Source: Candidatus Eiseniibacteriota bacterium
GTDB taxonomy: Bacteria > Eisenbacteria > RBG-16-71-46
Length of the DNA stretch: 64,000 nucleotides
Assembly: GCA_963744995.1 (NCBI GenBank)
Contig: CAVUWA010000010.1
Coordinates: 384,001-448,000, forward strand
Reading direction: 5' to 3'
Of this stretch, positions 9,391 to 18,690 are shown piece by piece. The first letter of the stretch is position 1, and each line of letters opens with the position of its first letter. The notes under the pieces were generated by a model. It had not been told where the DNA came from. It searched no databases and saw nothing but the letters and a program-made list of their open reading frames with translations. The translations under genes were made by a program, and so were the position numbers.

Positions 9391-11586
9391 ATGCGTCGAG
9401 CTTCGCTGTTCCTTTCGACGCTGCTGTGTCTTGCCACCCTGGTGCCGACCGGCGGCGTGCGCGCCCAGACCACCCTTCCGCCGTGTCCGGATCCGCGCCC
9501 CGCGCCCGTGGATGCACGGCTGCGGCCGGCGATGCCGTGCGCGGATCGCGACGTGGCGCTGGTGCTCAGCTACGCGCCCTGCTGCAGGACGATCACCTCG
9601 GTGGACGCCCCCGCGGCCGGTCACGGCTGGGTCGTGCACGTGGTCGACACCTCCGACGACACGTGCAGCAATGCCCGCTGCGCCCCCGACTCGCTGGTCG
9701 TGCCGCTCGGCCGCTTCCTCGTGGGCCACTACGAGCTCACCGTCCACTTCGTGACCGAGTGGCGCTCGCAGATCGAATCCTGCGTCACCGAAGAGGACCG
9801 GCGGTTCTCGTTCGACGTGACGTCCGAGTGCACGCCGCCTACCGGCATCCCCTACCTGGACTGGATCGAGATCGGCCACGGCGGCCAGGCCTGCCCCGGC
9901 GACAGCATCCCGGTGCGATTCTCGGGGACGGTGCCCGGCAACTGCACTCAATTCGCCGGCGTCGAGGTGATTCCGAGCCCGGTACTCGCCGGCCCGATCG
10001 CCGAGCCCCCGTCACTCCGGCTCGTGTTCCTCACCAACTCCGCGCTCGGTGCGCCATGCATCGTGTCCCCGGTGCCGTGGAGCGCGTCGCTGAACATCGG
10101 CCCGCTCATGCCACGCGACTGGCGGCTCGCGGTCGGAGCGCTGCTGATCGATGTCGGCCCGCAGCCGCCGGATTCCACGCTGCTCGGCGCCGCGTCCTTC
10201 CCGTTCACCGTGCTCGACACCTGCACGATCAAGCCCAGCGGGTGCCTGCTGCCCGGGTGGGCGCACCCGAACGCCGGCGACTGCGATGCGTTCATCGGAC
10301 CCGATCACGAGGCGCAGCTCACGTTCGAGGTCGGCACGACGACCCCGCTCGCCGCGCTGCAGGGTTCGATCGTGATGAACCCGCTCGGCCTGCACATCAC
10401 CGGCGTCGAGCCGGTAGGCGCGGCGGCCGGCATGCATCTGAGCTGGAACCAGGTTCCCGAGGGCGTCAAGTTCGTGCTCCTCGACACGGACGGCACGCCG
10501 ATCCCGGCCGCGCCGCCGTTCGATCCTGTGCCGGTGCTGCGCCTGACGTTCGCCACGGATCCCGTGGCGCCGCCCGCGCCGCGTACCCGCGTCTTCCCGG
10601 GTGCGCTGCTCGGCGCCGACGTGCTGGGCCAGGCGGTCTATCTCTGCCCGACCTTCGCGCCGATCGACGCCTCGGCGTACATCTGCCGCGGCGCCCCGTG
10701 CGACTTCAACGGCGACGGCTACGTCGACGTGCGCGATCTGGTGCGCATGGTGCGCTGCGTGAACGGCACCGATCCCTGCGACCCCGCGTACACGGCGACG
10801 TTCGACTGCAACGGTGACGGGGCCTTCGACCTGGACGACGTGCTGTGCTGCGCGCTCGCGATCCTCGGCCGGACGCCCACGCCCGGCGGCGGTCAGGCGC
10901 GTGACGCGGCGCTGCACGTGACGATGGCCTCGCCCGAAATGGTGGACGGCGCCGTCGAGATCCCGGTGGAGATCGCCGGCGACGCGCCGCTCGGCGCCGC
11001 TCGTCTCGAGCTCGGCGTGCCGACGGCGTCTTTCGCGGCGATCGACGTGCGCACCGAGGCGGGCGCCCCGTGGCTGGCCGTGCACGAAAGCGGCGCGGGC
11101 ACCGTCACGGTCGGCCTGATCGCGCTCCAGCCGGGCGCGGGCAGCGACGCACCGGTGCGGTTCACGCTGCGGCTCACCCCCGCAGCGGGCACGACGCCCT
11201 CCGGCGAGGTGACGCTCGTCGGCGCCGACTTCGCGGCCGCCGACGGCGCGCGCCTGGTCACCGATCCGGGCGATCCGATCGTCGTGCTCGGCGACGCCGG
11301 TCATGTGCGGCTCACCCCCGCGCGCCCCAACCCGTTCAGCGCCTCGCAGCACATTTCGCTGGTCGTGCCGAAGCGCGCCGAGGTGGAGCTCGTCGTGTTC
11401 GACCTCGGCGGTCGCCGCCTGCGCACGCTGCAGAGCGGCGTGCTGGACGCGGGGGCGCACGGGTTCACGTGGGACGGCCGTGACGACGCGGGCCGGCGCC
11501 TGCCGGGCGGCGTGTATTTCTATCGCGCCCGCGTCGACGGCGTCGATGCCGCGCGCCGGGTGGTGCTGCTCGGAGCGCCGCGCTGA
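9391..11586 (+). CDS. Secreted Cys-rich protein with cohesin-like, dockerin-like and C-terminal FlgD-Ig/T9SS-type domains
   Basis: Signal peptide MRRASLFL...VRA; paired EF-hand-like repeats DFNGDGYVDVRD and DCNGDGAFDLDD; C-terminus PNPF...VFDLGGRRLRTL...WDGRDDAGRRLPGGVYF. Confidence 0.8.
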   Translation: MRRASLFLSTLLCLATLVPTGGVRAQTTLPPCPDPRPAPVDARLRPAMPCADRDVALVLSYAPCCRTITSVDAPAAGHGWVVHVVDTSDDTCSNARCAPDSLVVPLGRFLVGHYELTVHFVTEWRSQIESCVTEEDRRFSFDVTSECTPPTGIPYLDWIEIGHGGQACPGDSIPVRFSGTVPGNCTQFAGVEVIPSPVLAGPIAEPPSLRLVFLTNSALGAPCIVSPVPWSASLNIGPLMPRDWRLAVGALLIDVGPQPPDSTLLGAASFPFTVLDTCTIKPSGCLLPGWAHPNAGDCDAFIGPDHEAQLTFEVGTTTPLAALQGSIVMNPLGLHITGVEPVGAAAGMHLSWNQVPEGVKFVLLDTDGTPIPAAPPFDPVPVLRLTFATDPVAPPAPRTRVFPGALLGADVLGQAVYLCPTFAPIDASAYICRGAPCDFNGDGYVDVRDLVRMVRCVNGTDPCDPAYTATFDCNGDGAFDLDDVLCCALAILGRTPTPGGGQARDAALHVTMASPEMVDGAVEIPVEIAGDAPLGAARLELGVPTASFAAIDVRTEAGAPWLAVHESGAGTVTVGLIALQPGAGSDAPVRFTLRLTPAAGTTPSGEVTLVGADFAAADGARLVTDPGDPIVVLGDAGHVRLTPARPNPFSASQHISLVVPKRAEVELVVFDLGGRRLRTLQSGVLDAGAHGFTWDGRDDAGRRLPGGVYFYRARVDGVDAARRVVLLGAPR

Positions 11587-11604
11587 CCGGGCGCTGCACG
11601 GGTC

Positions 11605-11650
11605 GAAACCGCGGGCCGGACGTTCGCAGGAGCGTCCGGCCCGCGGTTTC
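11605..11650 (+). terminator. Long hairpin, probable intrinsic terminator
   Basis: Perfect 18-bp inverted repeat GAAACCGCGGGCCGGACG / CGTCCGGCCCGCGGTTTC just after the stop at 11586. Confidence 0.7.
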
Positions 11651-11685
11651 TGCGGCGGGATTCGGCGCCGGCGCGCGCTGCCTCC

Positions 11686-11713
11686 TTGACAGCCGGCGTC
11701 ATGCCCCGACAAT
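11686..11713 (+). promoter_or_regulatory. Sigma70-like promoter for sixA (leaderless)
   Basis: TTGACA-N16-GACAAT, 7 nt before the GTG at 11721. Confidence 0.55.
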
Positions 11714-11720
11714 CCACGGC

Positions 11721-12188
11721 GTGCCGCTCCTGATCGACATCCTGCGCCACGGCGCCGCCGAACCCTCGGGCCCCGACGGCGACGGTACGCGCGCGCTCTC
11801 GCCCGCCGGCATCGCGCAGGTCCGTGCCCTGGCGGCGCGCCTCGCCTCATCCGGCCGGATACCGGACCGGATCTTCTCGAGTCCCTACCGCCGGGCGGTG
11901 GAGACCGCGCGCCTGGTTCATGCCGCGCTGCCGGCGCCGGTGCCGCTCGAAACGCTGACCGAGCTGCGCCCCGATGCGGAACCCGAGGACCTCACGGTCA
12001 CGCTCCGTACGCTCGCTGCGGGCGGCGGCCATCTGCTGCTGGTGAGCCACATGCCGCTCGTCTCCAGGCTGTGCAGTCATCTCGCCGGCCGCTCGATCGC
12101 GTTCGGGACCGCCGAGCTCGCCCGCCTGGAGTGCGCGGCGGGCATCGCACGGGGCGCCGCGCGGCTGCGCGAAATACCCGCGCCCTGA
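11721..12188 (+). CDS. sixA: Phosphohistidine phosphatase SixA (histidine phosphatase family)
   Basis: ILRHGAAE motif, SSPYRRAVETA, LLVSHMP. Confidence 0.85.
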   Translation: MPLLIDILRHGAAEPSGPDGDGTRALSPAGIAQVRALAARLASSGRIPDRIFSSPYRRAVETARLVHAALPAPVPLETLTELRPDAEPEDLTVTLRTLAAGGGHLLLVSHMPLVSRLCSHLAGRSIAFGTAELARLECAAGIARGAARLREIPAP

Positions 12189-12342
12189 GCGGGCGAAGGG
12201 CACGCCGCCTCCCGGCCGGGATTCCGACTGACACGATCGGCCGAAACGCGCATCCTAGATGGAATCAGGGGGCCGCGTCGGCGCAGCCTGCCCACCGGGC
12301 AGGGTCGGCCCGGAACACCGCTCTCAGCCACCGGAGGAACGC

Positions 12343-12888
12343 ATGACCGTCGACCAGATGTCCGGCGCGGGCGAGTCTCGCGTCACGAGTCGCAGCGACA
12401 TGCTGTTGGACGGACTCTTCACGGGGATGATCGGCGCGCTCGCCGTGGCCGTGTGGTTCCTGATCCTCGATGTGGCGGCCGGGCGCCCGCTCTACACGCC
12501 GGCGCTGCTCGGCGCGTGGCTCATGCATGGCGCCGCCGCGGGCGACACAGCGATCACCGTGGCGCCGCTCGAAGTCGCGGCGTATTCCGCCTTCCACTTC
12601 GTCGCCTTCATGGCCGTCGGCATCGTGTTCTCGTGGCTCATGACGCTGTTCGACCGGTTCCCGATCATGTTTTTCGTGCTGCTGGTGCTGTTCATCAGCC
12701 TGATGCTGGGCTTCTTCGGGCTCGATCTGGTCCTGGGCGCCGAGCTCACCGGCAGGCTGCACCCCTGGACGATCGTGATCGCCAACCTGCTCGCCGCGAT
12801 CGGCATGTCGCTCTATCAGTGGAAGCGCCATCCGGGCGCACTGAAACGCGTCGAACATCTCTGGGAAGACGAGGACGAACAGCGCTGA
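12343..12888 (+). CDS. Hypothetical integral membrane protein (about 4-5 TM helices)
   Basis: GGAGG RBS before ATG 12343; hydrophobic segments; GRPLYTPALLG. Confidence 0.75.
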   Translation: MTVDQMSGAGESRVTSRSDMLLDGLFTGMIGALAVAVWFLILDVAAGRPLYTPALLGAWLMHGAAAGDTAITVAPLEVAAYSAFHFVAFMAVGIVFSWLMTLFDRFPIMFFVLLVLFISLMLGFFGLDLVLGAELTGRLHPWTIVIANLLAAIGMSLYQWKRHPGALKRVEHLWEDEDEQR

Positions 12889-12997
12889 CGGACCCGCTTG
12901 CACGTGCGGCGAGTCGCGGCCGGCGCCGCGGCTCGCCGCGTTCGTTTCCGCTCCGGGAGCGCGGCGGCCGCCCGCTCCCGCCATGCATGGAGGACTC

Positions 12998-13708
12998 ATG
13001 ACGTTTCTGAAGAACCAGGTGGCCGTCGTGACCGGCGGCAATCGCGGCATCGGCCGCGGCATCGCCGAGGGGCTCGCCGGCGCGGGCGCGCGCGTCGTGC
13101 TCACCGCGCGGCACCGCGATGCGGCCGAGAAGGCCGCGGCGGAGATCGGCCGTGACGCGATCGGCCTCGCCTGCGACGTGCGCGACTTCGGCCAGGTGCA
13201 GACCCTGTTCCGCGAGGCGGTCGAGCGGACCGGCGGGCTCGACGTGCTCGTCAACAACGCGGGCATCGGCATCTTCGGCGCGGTCGCCGACACGAACCCC
13301 GAAGACTGGCGTGCCGTGATCGAGACCAACCTCCACGGCGTCTTCTACTGCTGCCACGAGGCGATCCCGCTCATGAGGAAGCGCGGTGGCGGCTACATCT
13401 TCAACGTCTCGTCGCTCGCCGGGCGCAACGCGTTTCCGAACGGCGCAACCTACAACGCCAGCAAGTTCGGTCTGAACGGCTTCAGCGAGGCGCTCATGCA
13501 GGAGGTGCGCTACGACGGCATCCGCGTCTCCTACCTGATGCCCGGCAGCGTCGCGACGGAGTTCGGCCGTGGCTCGGGTGGCAAGTCCGACTGGGCGCTG
13601 CAGCCGGCCGACGTCGCGGAGGTCGTGCTCGACCTGCTGCGCTCGCCGAAGCATGCGCTCTACAGCCGCGTCGAGATGCGTCCGAGCCAGCCACCCAGAA
13701 AGGGCTGA
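12998..13708 (+). CDS. SDR family oxidoreductase
   Basis: TGGNRGIG, NNAG, YNASK catalytic motif; GGAGG RBS. Confidence 0.92.
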   Translation: MTFLKNQVAVVTGGNRGIGRGIAEGLAGAGARVVLTARHRDAAEKAAAEIGRDAIGLACDVRDFGQVQTLFREAVERTGGLDVLVNNAGIGIFGAVADTNPEDWRAVIETNLHGVFYCCHEAIPLMRKRGGGYIFNVSSLAGRNAFPNGATYNASKFGLNGFSEALMQEVRYDGIRVSYLMPGSVATEFGRGSGGKSDWALQPADVAEVVLDLLRSPKHALYSRVEMRPSQPPRKG

Positions 13709-13764
13709 GCGCCGGGTCCGCCGGGCGCCCGTGCAGCTCCGCGAGCGCGCGCAGGAAAGCACCT

Positions 13765-13939
13765 CGTTGCGGATCGTCCGCGGGGCGGAGGCTCGATTCA
13801 CTCGCGGGTCCCCGCAAGCTGGCCCATGGTGCGATCGGAGTGTCACGGCGGGTTCGACGCCACCGCAGCGACTTCGGCTGACCGCGACGGGCTACGCCCA
13901 CTCGCGAATCGACCTCCGCCCCGCGGACGATCCGCAACG
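13765..13939. repeat. 175-bp intergenic element bounded by long inverted repeats
   Basis: 13765-13791 is the exact reverse complement of 13913-13939 (27 bp); pairing extends by 7 bp past a single bulge. Confidence 0.85.
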
Positions 13940-14119
13940 GCGAGACCGGAGAGCCCTGCCTCGCCGGGCGAGTCGCGCGATGGATGCGCCGGGCGCGGCA
14001 CCCTGCGGCACGAGCGCGGCGCCTCCGGTGGACGCTCCACGCGGGCATCGACTAGGCTCTGCGCGCCTCGCCCAGACATCCGGACGCGCCGGCGGCTGCC
14101 GCGCGTGAGGGAGATCTCT

Positions 14120-16154
14120 TTGACCCACATTCGAAGGATTCCGCTGATGCTCCTCCTGCTCTCCGCGATGATGTCCGGCCCCGGCGACGGGATCGCCGCC
14201 GAGACCTCGTCGGATGCGCCGTTCTGGACCGGACACCCGGATTCGACCGCGTTCACCAGGGCGATGGAGGCGCGACTCGAACGGGCGCGCCGGGCGATCG
14301 ACCGCATGGTCGCCGTCAAGGGGAAGCGCACGATCGAGAACACGCTCCGCCCCTACGACGACGCGCTCATCGAGCTGGATGCGGTCGGCTCGCAGGCTTC
14401 GCTCATGGAAAACGTGCACCCCGACGCTGCGGTGCGCACGTCGGCCGAGAAGATGAGCCAGGCGTCGTCGGCGTTCAGCACGGCCCTTTCGCTCAATCGC
14501 GACGTGTACGACGCGCTCGCGGCCCTCGACCTCGATGGCGCCGACGACGTGACCCGGTACTACGTCGGGAAGGAGCTGCGCGACTTCAGGCTCGCCGGCG
14601 TGGATCGCGACGAGGCGACCCGCGGGAAGGCGAGGGCGCTGCGTGAAGAGCTGGTGGAGATCGGACAGGCGTTCACGCGGAACATCCGCGATGACGACCG
14701 CACCGTGACGGTGAACAGCGCCGCCGAGCTCGACGGCCTGCCGCAGGACTACATCGACCGGCACCCGCCCGACGCGGACGGCGCGATCAGGCTCACCATG
14801 GACTATCCGGACGCGATCCCCGTCTTCCAGTACGCGCAGAGCGACGACCTGCGCAGGCGCATGTACATGGCGTTCGGCAATCGCGCCTACCCGGACAACA
14901 TGGACGTCCTCGCGCAGATGATGGCGAAGCGGCACGAGCTCGCGACGACTCTCGGCTACGGAAGCTGGGCGGAATACATCACGGCCGACAAGATGGTGGG
15001 CAGCGACTCGAAGGCCGCCGCGTTCATCGAAGACGTGGCGAACGCGTCGGCCGCGCGGGCCGCCTCCGAATACCAGGCGCTGCTCGCCCGGCTGCGCGAG
15101 GACGATCCGCAGGCCGAAGCCGTGCAGCCGTGGCAGAGAAGCTACTACTCGGAGCAGGTGCGCAAGTCGAGCTACGATTTCGACTCGCAGAAGGTGCGCC
15201 CGTACTTCCCGTACGATCGCGTGAAGCAGGGGGTGCTGGGTCTCACCAGCCGGCTGTTCGGCGTCGAGTTCAGGCAGGTGAAGGACGCGCCGGTGTGGGA
15301 TCCGTCGGTCGAGTGCTACGAGATGTTCGAAGGCGGCAAGCTGGTCGGACGCTTCTACCTCGACATGCACCCGCGCGACGGCAAGTTCAACCACGCCGCC
15401 CAGTTCGACGTGCGCACCGGCATCGAGGGCCGGCAGATCCCCGAGGCCGCCCTGGTCTGCAATTTCCCCGGCGGGACACCCGGGCGACCCGGGGCTCATG
15501 CAGCACAGCGACGTGACCACGTTCCTGCACGAGTTCGGGCACCTGATCCACGCGCTCTTCGCCGGACACCAGCGCTGGTGCGGCACCGGCGGGATCCGCA
15601 CCGAGTGGGATTTCGTCGAAGCGCCGTCGCAGATGCTCGAAGAGTGGGCATGGGACCCGAAGGTGCTCGCGACGTTCGCGCGCCACTACCGGACGCAGGA
15701 GCCGATCCCGACGGAGCTGGTCCGACAGATGAAGCGCGCGGACGAGTTCGGCAAGGGGCTGCGCGTGCGCGGGCAGATGGTCTACGCGCAGATTTCGCTC
15801 TCGTTCTACCGGGGCGACCCGGCCGGCATGAACACCGACACGATGGTGCGCGAGATCACGGCCCGCTACCAGCCGTTCCCATTCGTCGACGGCACCCACA
15901 TGCAGTGCGCGTTCGGTCACCTCGGCGGCTACTCGGCGATCTACTACACCTACATGTGGTCGCTGGTCATCGCCAAGGACATGTTCGCGCAGTTCGATCG
16001 CGACGACCTCCTGAAGCCGGGCGTCGCGGTCCGCTATCGCAACGCGGTGCTCGCTGCGGCGGGCACCAAACCCGCGGCGCAGATGATCGAGGACTTCCTC
16101 GGCCGGCCGTTCAACAGCGAGGCCTGGAAGGCCTGGTTGAATCAGCCCGAGTAG
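14120..16154 (+). pseudogene. M3A (thimet-like) Zn oligopeptidase with signal peptide, interrupted by a +1 frameshift near 15482-15484
   Basis: Reads ...CNFPGGTPG, then continues in another frame as (DPGL)MQHSDVTTFLHEFGH...; the paralogue downstream reads CNFPGGSEGDPGLMEHSD; removing one G restores the frame; may be a sequencing error. Confidence 0.85.
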
Positions 16155-16179
16155 CAGACCACCGCAGCGATGCTGCCGA

Positions 16180-16205
16180 CGGGCGCGGTCTTCGGGCCGC
16201 GCCCG
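16180..16205 (+). terminator. GC-rich hairpin with UUCG loop between the two M3 genes
   Basis: CGGGCGCGGTC-TTCG-GGCCGCGCCCG; no U tract. Confidence 0.45.
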
Positions 16206-16300
16206 CCGTGCTATCCTGCGGGCGCTTCGTTGCCGTGCCTTCGTCAGCGCCCGTTCTCGCGCAGCGCGGCAACCCGTCCGCGACCCGCCAGGAGAACGTC

Positions 16301-18355
16301 ATGCGACTCGCTTACCTCGCCACATTGCTGGCCGGCCTGATCGCCGCCGCTCCGGTGGTCGGCGCGCCGGCTGTCGGCCCGATCCACGACGACCGGCCGT
16401 TCTGGAGCGGCATGCCCGACTCCGCCACCTTTGCGAGTACCCAGGACGCGCGGCTGGGGCGCGCGCAGGCGCTGATCGCCGAGGTCAAGGCCGTGCGCGG
16501 CAGGCGCACGATCCAGAACACCCTGCGCCCCTACGACGAGGCGCTGCGCCACCTCGCCAACGCGGCGCGGCAGGCAGGGCTGATCGCCAACGTGCATCCC
16601 GACGCCGCGATGCGCGCCGGAGCGGAGACGATCCAGCAGAAGATCTCCAGTTACTGGACGGAGCTGACGCTCGACCCCGGACTCTACCGTGCCATCGCCG
16701 CGCTGGACACGAGGAAGGCCGACGACGAAACGCGCTATTACGTGAAGCGCGAGCTGCGCGACTTCAAGCTCGCAGGCGTGGACCGCGACGACGCCACGCG
16801 CGAGAAGGTCGGCAAGGTGCGGGACGAGATCGTGCGCATCACCCAGGCCTTCAACCGCAACATTCGCGACGACTCGAGCCGGATCATCGTGGACGGGCCG
16901 GCAGCGCTCGACGGGCTGCCGGCGGACTACGTCGCGAATCATCCGCCGGGTCCCGACGGCGGGATCGTTCTCACCACGCAGTACCCGGACGCGTTCCCCG
17001 TGTTCAGCTATGCGAGGAACGACGACGTTCGCAGGCGGATGTTCATGGCCTATTCGAACCGCGCGTATCCGCAGAACATGAAAGTGCTCGACGAGATGAT
17101 CGCAAAACGCCACGAGCTGGCGCAGCTGCTCGGTTTCGATCAGTACGCCGATCTGATCACCGCCGACAAGATGGCCGGCAGCGCGCAGGTCGCTTCCGAC
17201 TTCATCGACCGCGTCGTCACCGCCGCGCGTCCGATCGGGGAGCGCGAGTACGCCGAGCTGCTGGCTCGCAAGCGCGCCGACGACCCGTCGGCCACCGAGA
17301 TCACCGACTGGGAGCGCAGCTACTACGCCGAGCTGGTGCGCCGTTCGGAATACGACTTCGACGCCCAGGCCGTGCGCCCGTACTTCGCGTTCGACCGGGT
17401 GAAGCAGGGCGTCCTCGACGTGACCTCGAAGCTGTTCGGGGTCGAGTTTCGCAGGGTGAACGACGTGCCGGTCTGGGACCCGTCGGTGGAGTGCTACGAG
17501 ATGTACGAGAAGGGACGGCGGCGCGGGAGGTTCTACTTCGACCTGCACCCGCGGCCCAACAAGTACTCGCACGCCGCCCACTTCGGCATCCGCTCCGGCG
17601 AGCGCGGCGTGCAGATCCCCGAGGCCGCCCTCGTCTGCAACTTCCCCGGCGGCAGCGAAGGCGATCCCGGTCTCATGGAGCACAGCGATGTCCAGACCTT
17701 CTTCCACGAGTTCGGCCACCTGCTGCACAACCTGTTCGCCGGCGATCACGAGTGGCACGGCACGGCCGGCATCACCACCGAACGCGACTTCGTCGAGGCC
17801 CCGTCGCAGATGCTCGAGGAATGGACCTGGGATCCGGAGGTGCTGGCCACCTTCGCGAAGCACTACGAAACGAACGAGCCGATCCCCGCCGAGCTGGTCC
17901 TCAGGATGAAACGCGCCCACGAGTTCGGCAAGGCGCTGAACGTCCTCAGGCAGATGGTGTTCGCACGCGTTTCACTGTCCTGCTACGACCGTGATCCCGG
18001 CGGGATCGACACGGACCGGCTGGTGGAGGAAGTCAGTGCCGACTACGTGCCGTTCCGCCACGTGCCCGGCACGCACTTCCAGGCCGCGTTCACGCATCTC
18101 TCCGGCTATTCGGCGATGTATTACACCTACATGTGGTCGCTGGTGATCGCCAAGGACATGTACAGCGCCTTCGATCCGGCGCACCCGTTCGCCGCGAAGG
18201 TGGCGAAGCGCTATCGCGATCGGGTGCTGGCGCCGGGGGGCTCGAAACCTGCCGCGCGGCTGGTGGAGGACTTTCTCGGCCGGCCGTTCGACAGCCGGGC
18301 CTGGGAGCGCTGGCTCGCGTCGGAGGATCGGACCTCGTCGAGGATCGACGACTGA
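16301..18355 (+). CDS. M3A (thimet-like) Zn oligopeptidase with signal peptide
   Basis: AGGAG RBS; MRLAYLATLLAGL signal; FHEFGHLLH (HExxH), DFVEAPSQMLEEW, GYSAMYYTYMWS. Confidence 0.93.
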   Translation: MRLAYLATLLAGLIAAAPVVGAPAVGPIHDDRPFWSGMPDSATFASTQDARLGRAQALIAEVKAVRGRRTIQNTLRPYDEALRHLANAARQAGLIANVHPDAAMRAGAETIQQKISSYWTELTLDPGLYRAIAALDTRKADDETRYYVKRELRDFKLAGVDRDDATREKVGKVRDEIVRITQAFNRNIRDDSSRIIVDGPAALDGLPADYVANHPPGPDGGIVLTTQYPDAFPVFSYARNDDVRRRMFMAYSNRAYPQNMKVLDEMIAKRHELAQLLGFDQYADLITADKMAGSAQVASDFIDRVVTAARPIGEREYAELLARKRADDPSATEITDWERSYYAELVRRSEYDFDAQAVRPYFAFDRVKQGVLDVTSKLFGVEFRRVNDVPVWDPSVECYEMYEKGRRRGRFYFDLHPRPNKYSHAAHFGIRSGERGVQIPEAALVCNFPGGSEGDPGLMEHSDVQTFFHEFGHLLHNLFAGDHEWHGTAGITTERDFVEAPSQMLEEWTWDPEVLATFAKHYETNEPIPAELVLRMKRAHEFGKALNVLRQMVFARVSLSCYDRDPGGIDTDRLVEEVSADYVPFRHVPGTHFQAAFTHLSGYSAMYYTYMWSLVIAKDMYSAFDPAHPFAAKVAKRYRDRVLAPGGSKPAARLVEDFLGRPFDSRAWERWLASEDRTSSRIDD

Positions 18356-18399
18356 CGGACCGACGGTTGCGGAAGACGGCGGCCGTGCGACTCCAACGA

Positions 18400-18431
18400 A
18401 AACGCCGCCCGCATCGGTGCGGGCGGCGTTT
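18400..18431. terminator. Bidirectional intrinsic terminator
   Basis: AAACGCCGCCCGCA-TCGG-TGCGGGCGGCGTTT between convergent genes. Confidence 0.8.
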
Positions 18432-18453
18432 CGCGTTTCAGATCGATCCGAGC

Positions 18454-18690
18454 TCAGTGGTCGGACGAGCCTTCCATGTTGCCCTCGGTCGAGTGGTCCA
18501 TGTCATCCATGGCACCCGCCGAGTCGCTCATCGCCGAATCCGGCATCGACATCGAGTTGTCATTCCCCATTTCCTCGGTGGACTCCGAAGTCGCTGGCGT
18601 CTCGGCCTGCTGGGACTGGGCGCAACCGACCGCGAGGGCCATTACGAAGGCAACAGCGAGGAACAGGGGGAGGGACTTCTGCAAACGCAT
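18454..18690 (-). CDS. Small Met/Ser/acid-rich lipoprotein (78 aa)
   Basis: AAGGAG RBS; signal with lipobox LAVGC; mature part ...EEMGNDNSMSMPDSAMSDSAGAMDDMDHSTEGNMEGSSDH. Confidence 0.8.
   Translation of the reverse strand: MRLQKSLPLFLAVAFVMALAVGCAQSQQAETPATSESTEEMGNDNSMSMPDSAMSDSAGAMDDMDHSTEGNMEGSSDH

Noticed and set aside
5068..9951. 1627-aa ORF overlapping metH
   Set aside because: Only the last 170 aa (GNAT) look like real protein; the rest is an alternative frame of metH left open by high GC
13800..13905. tRNA, 6S RNA or SRP RNA (contains a GGTTCGA T-loop-like motif; size similar to 6S)
   Set aside because: I could not build a cloverleaf or find the SRP core, and a perfect 27-bp stem is unlike 6S; kept only as an unclassified structured element
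15470..15500. Programmed ribosomal frameshift or phase variation
   Set aside because: No slippery heptamer or long homopolymer; a simple indel is more parsimonious
13826..18355. Apparent 1509-aa double M3 peptidase fusion ORF
   Set aside because: Artefact of the frameshift near 15483: the middle is out-of-frame Arg-rich sequence, the first gene has its own stop at 16154, and the second has its own RBS, ATG and signal peptide at 16301
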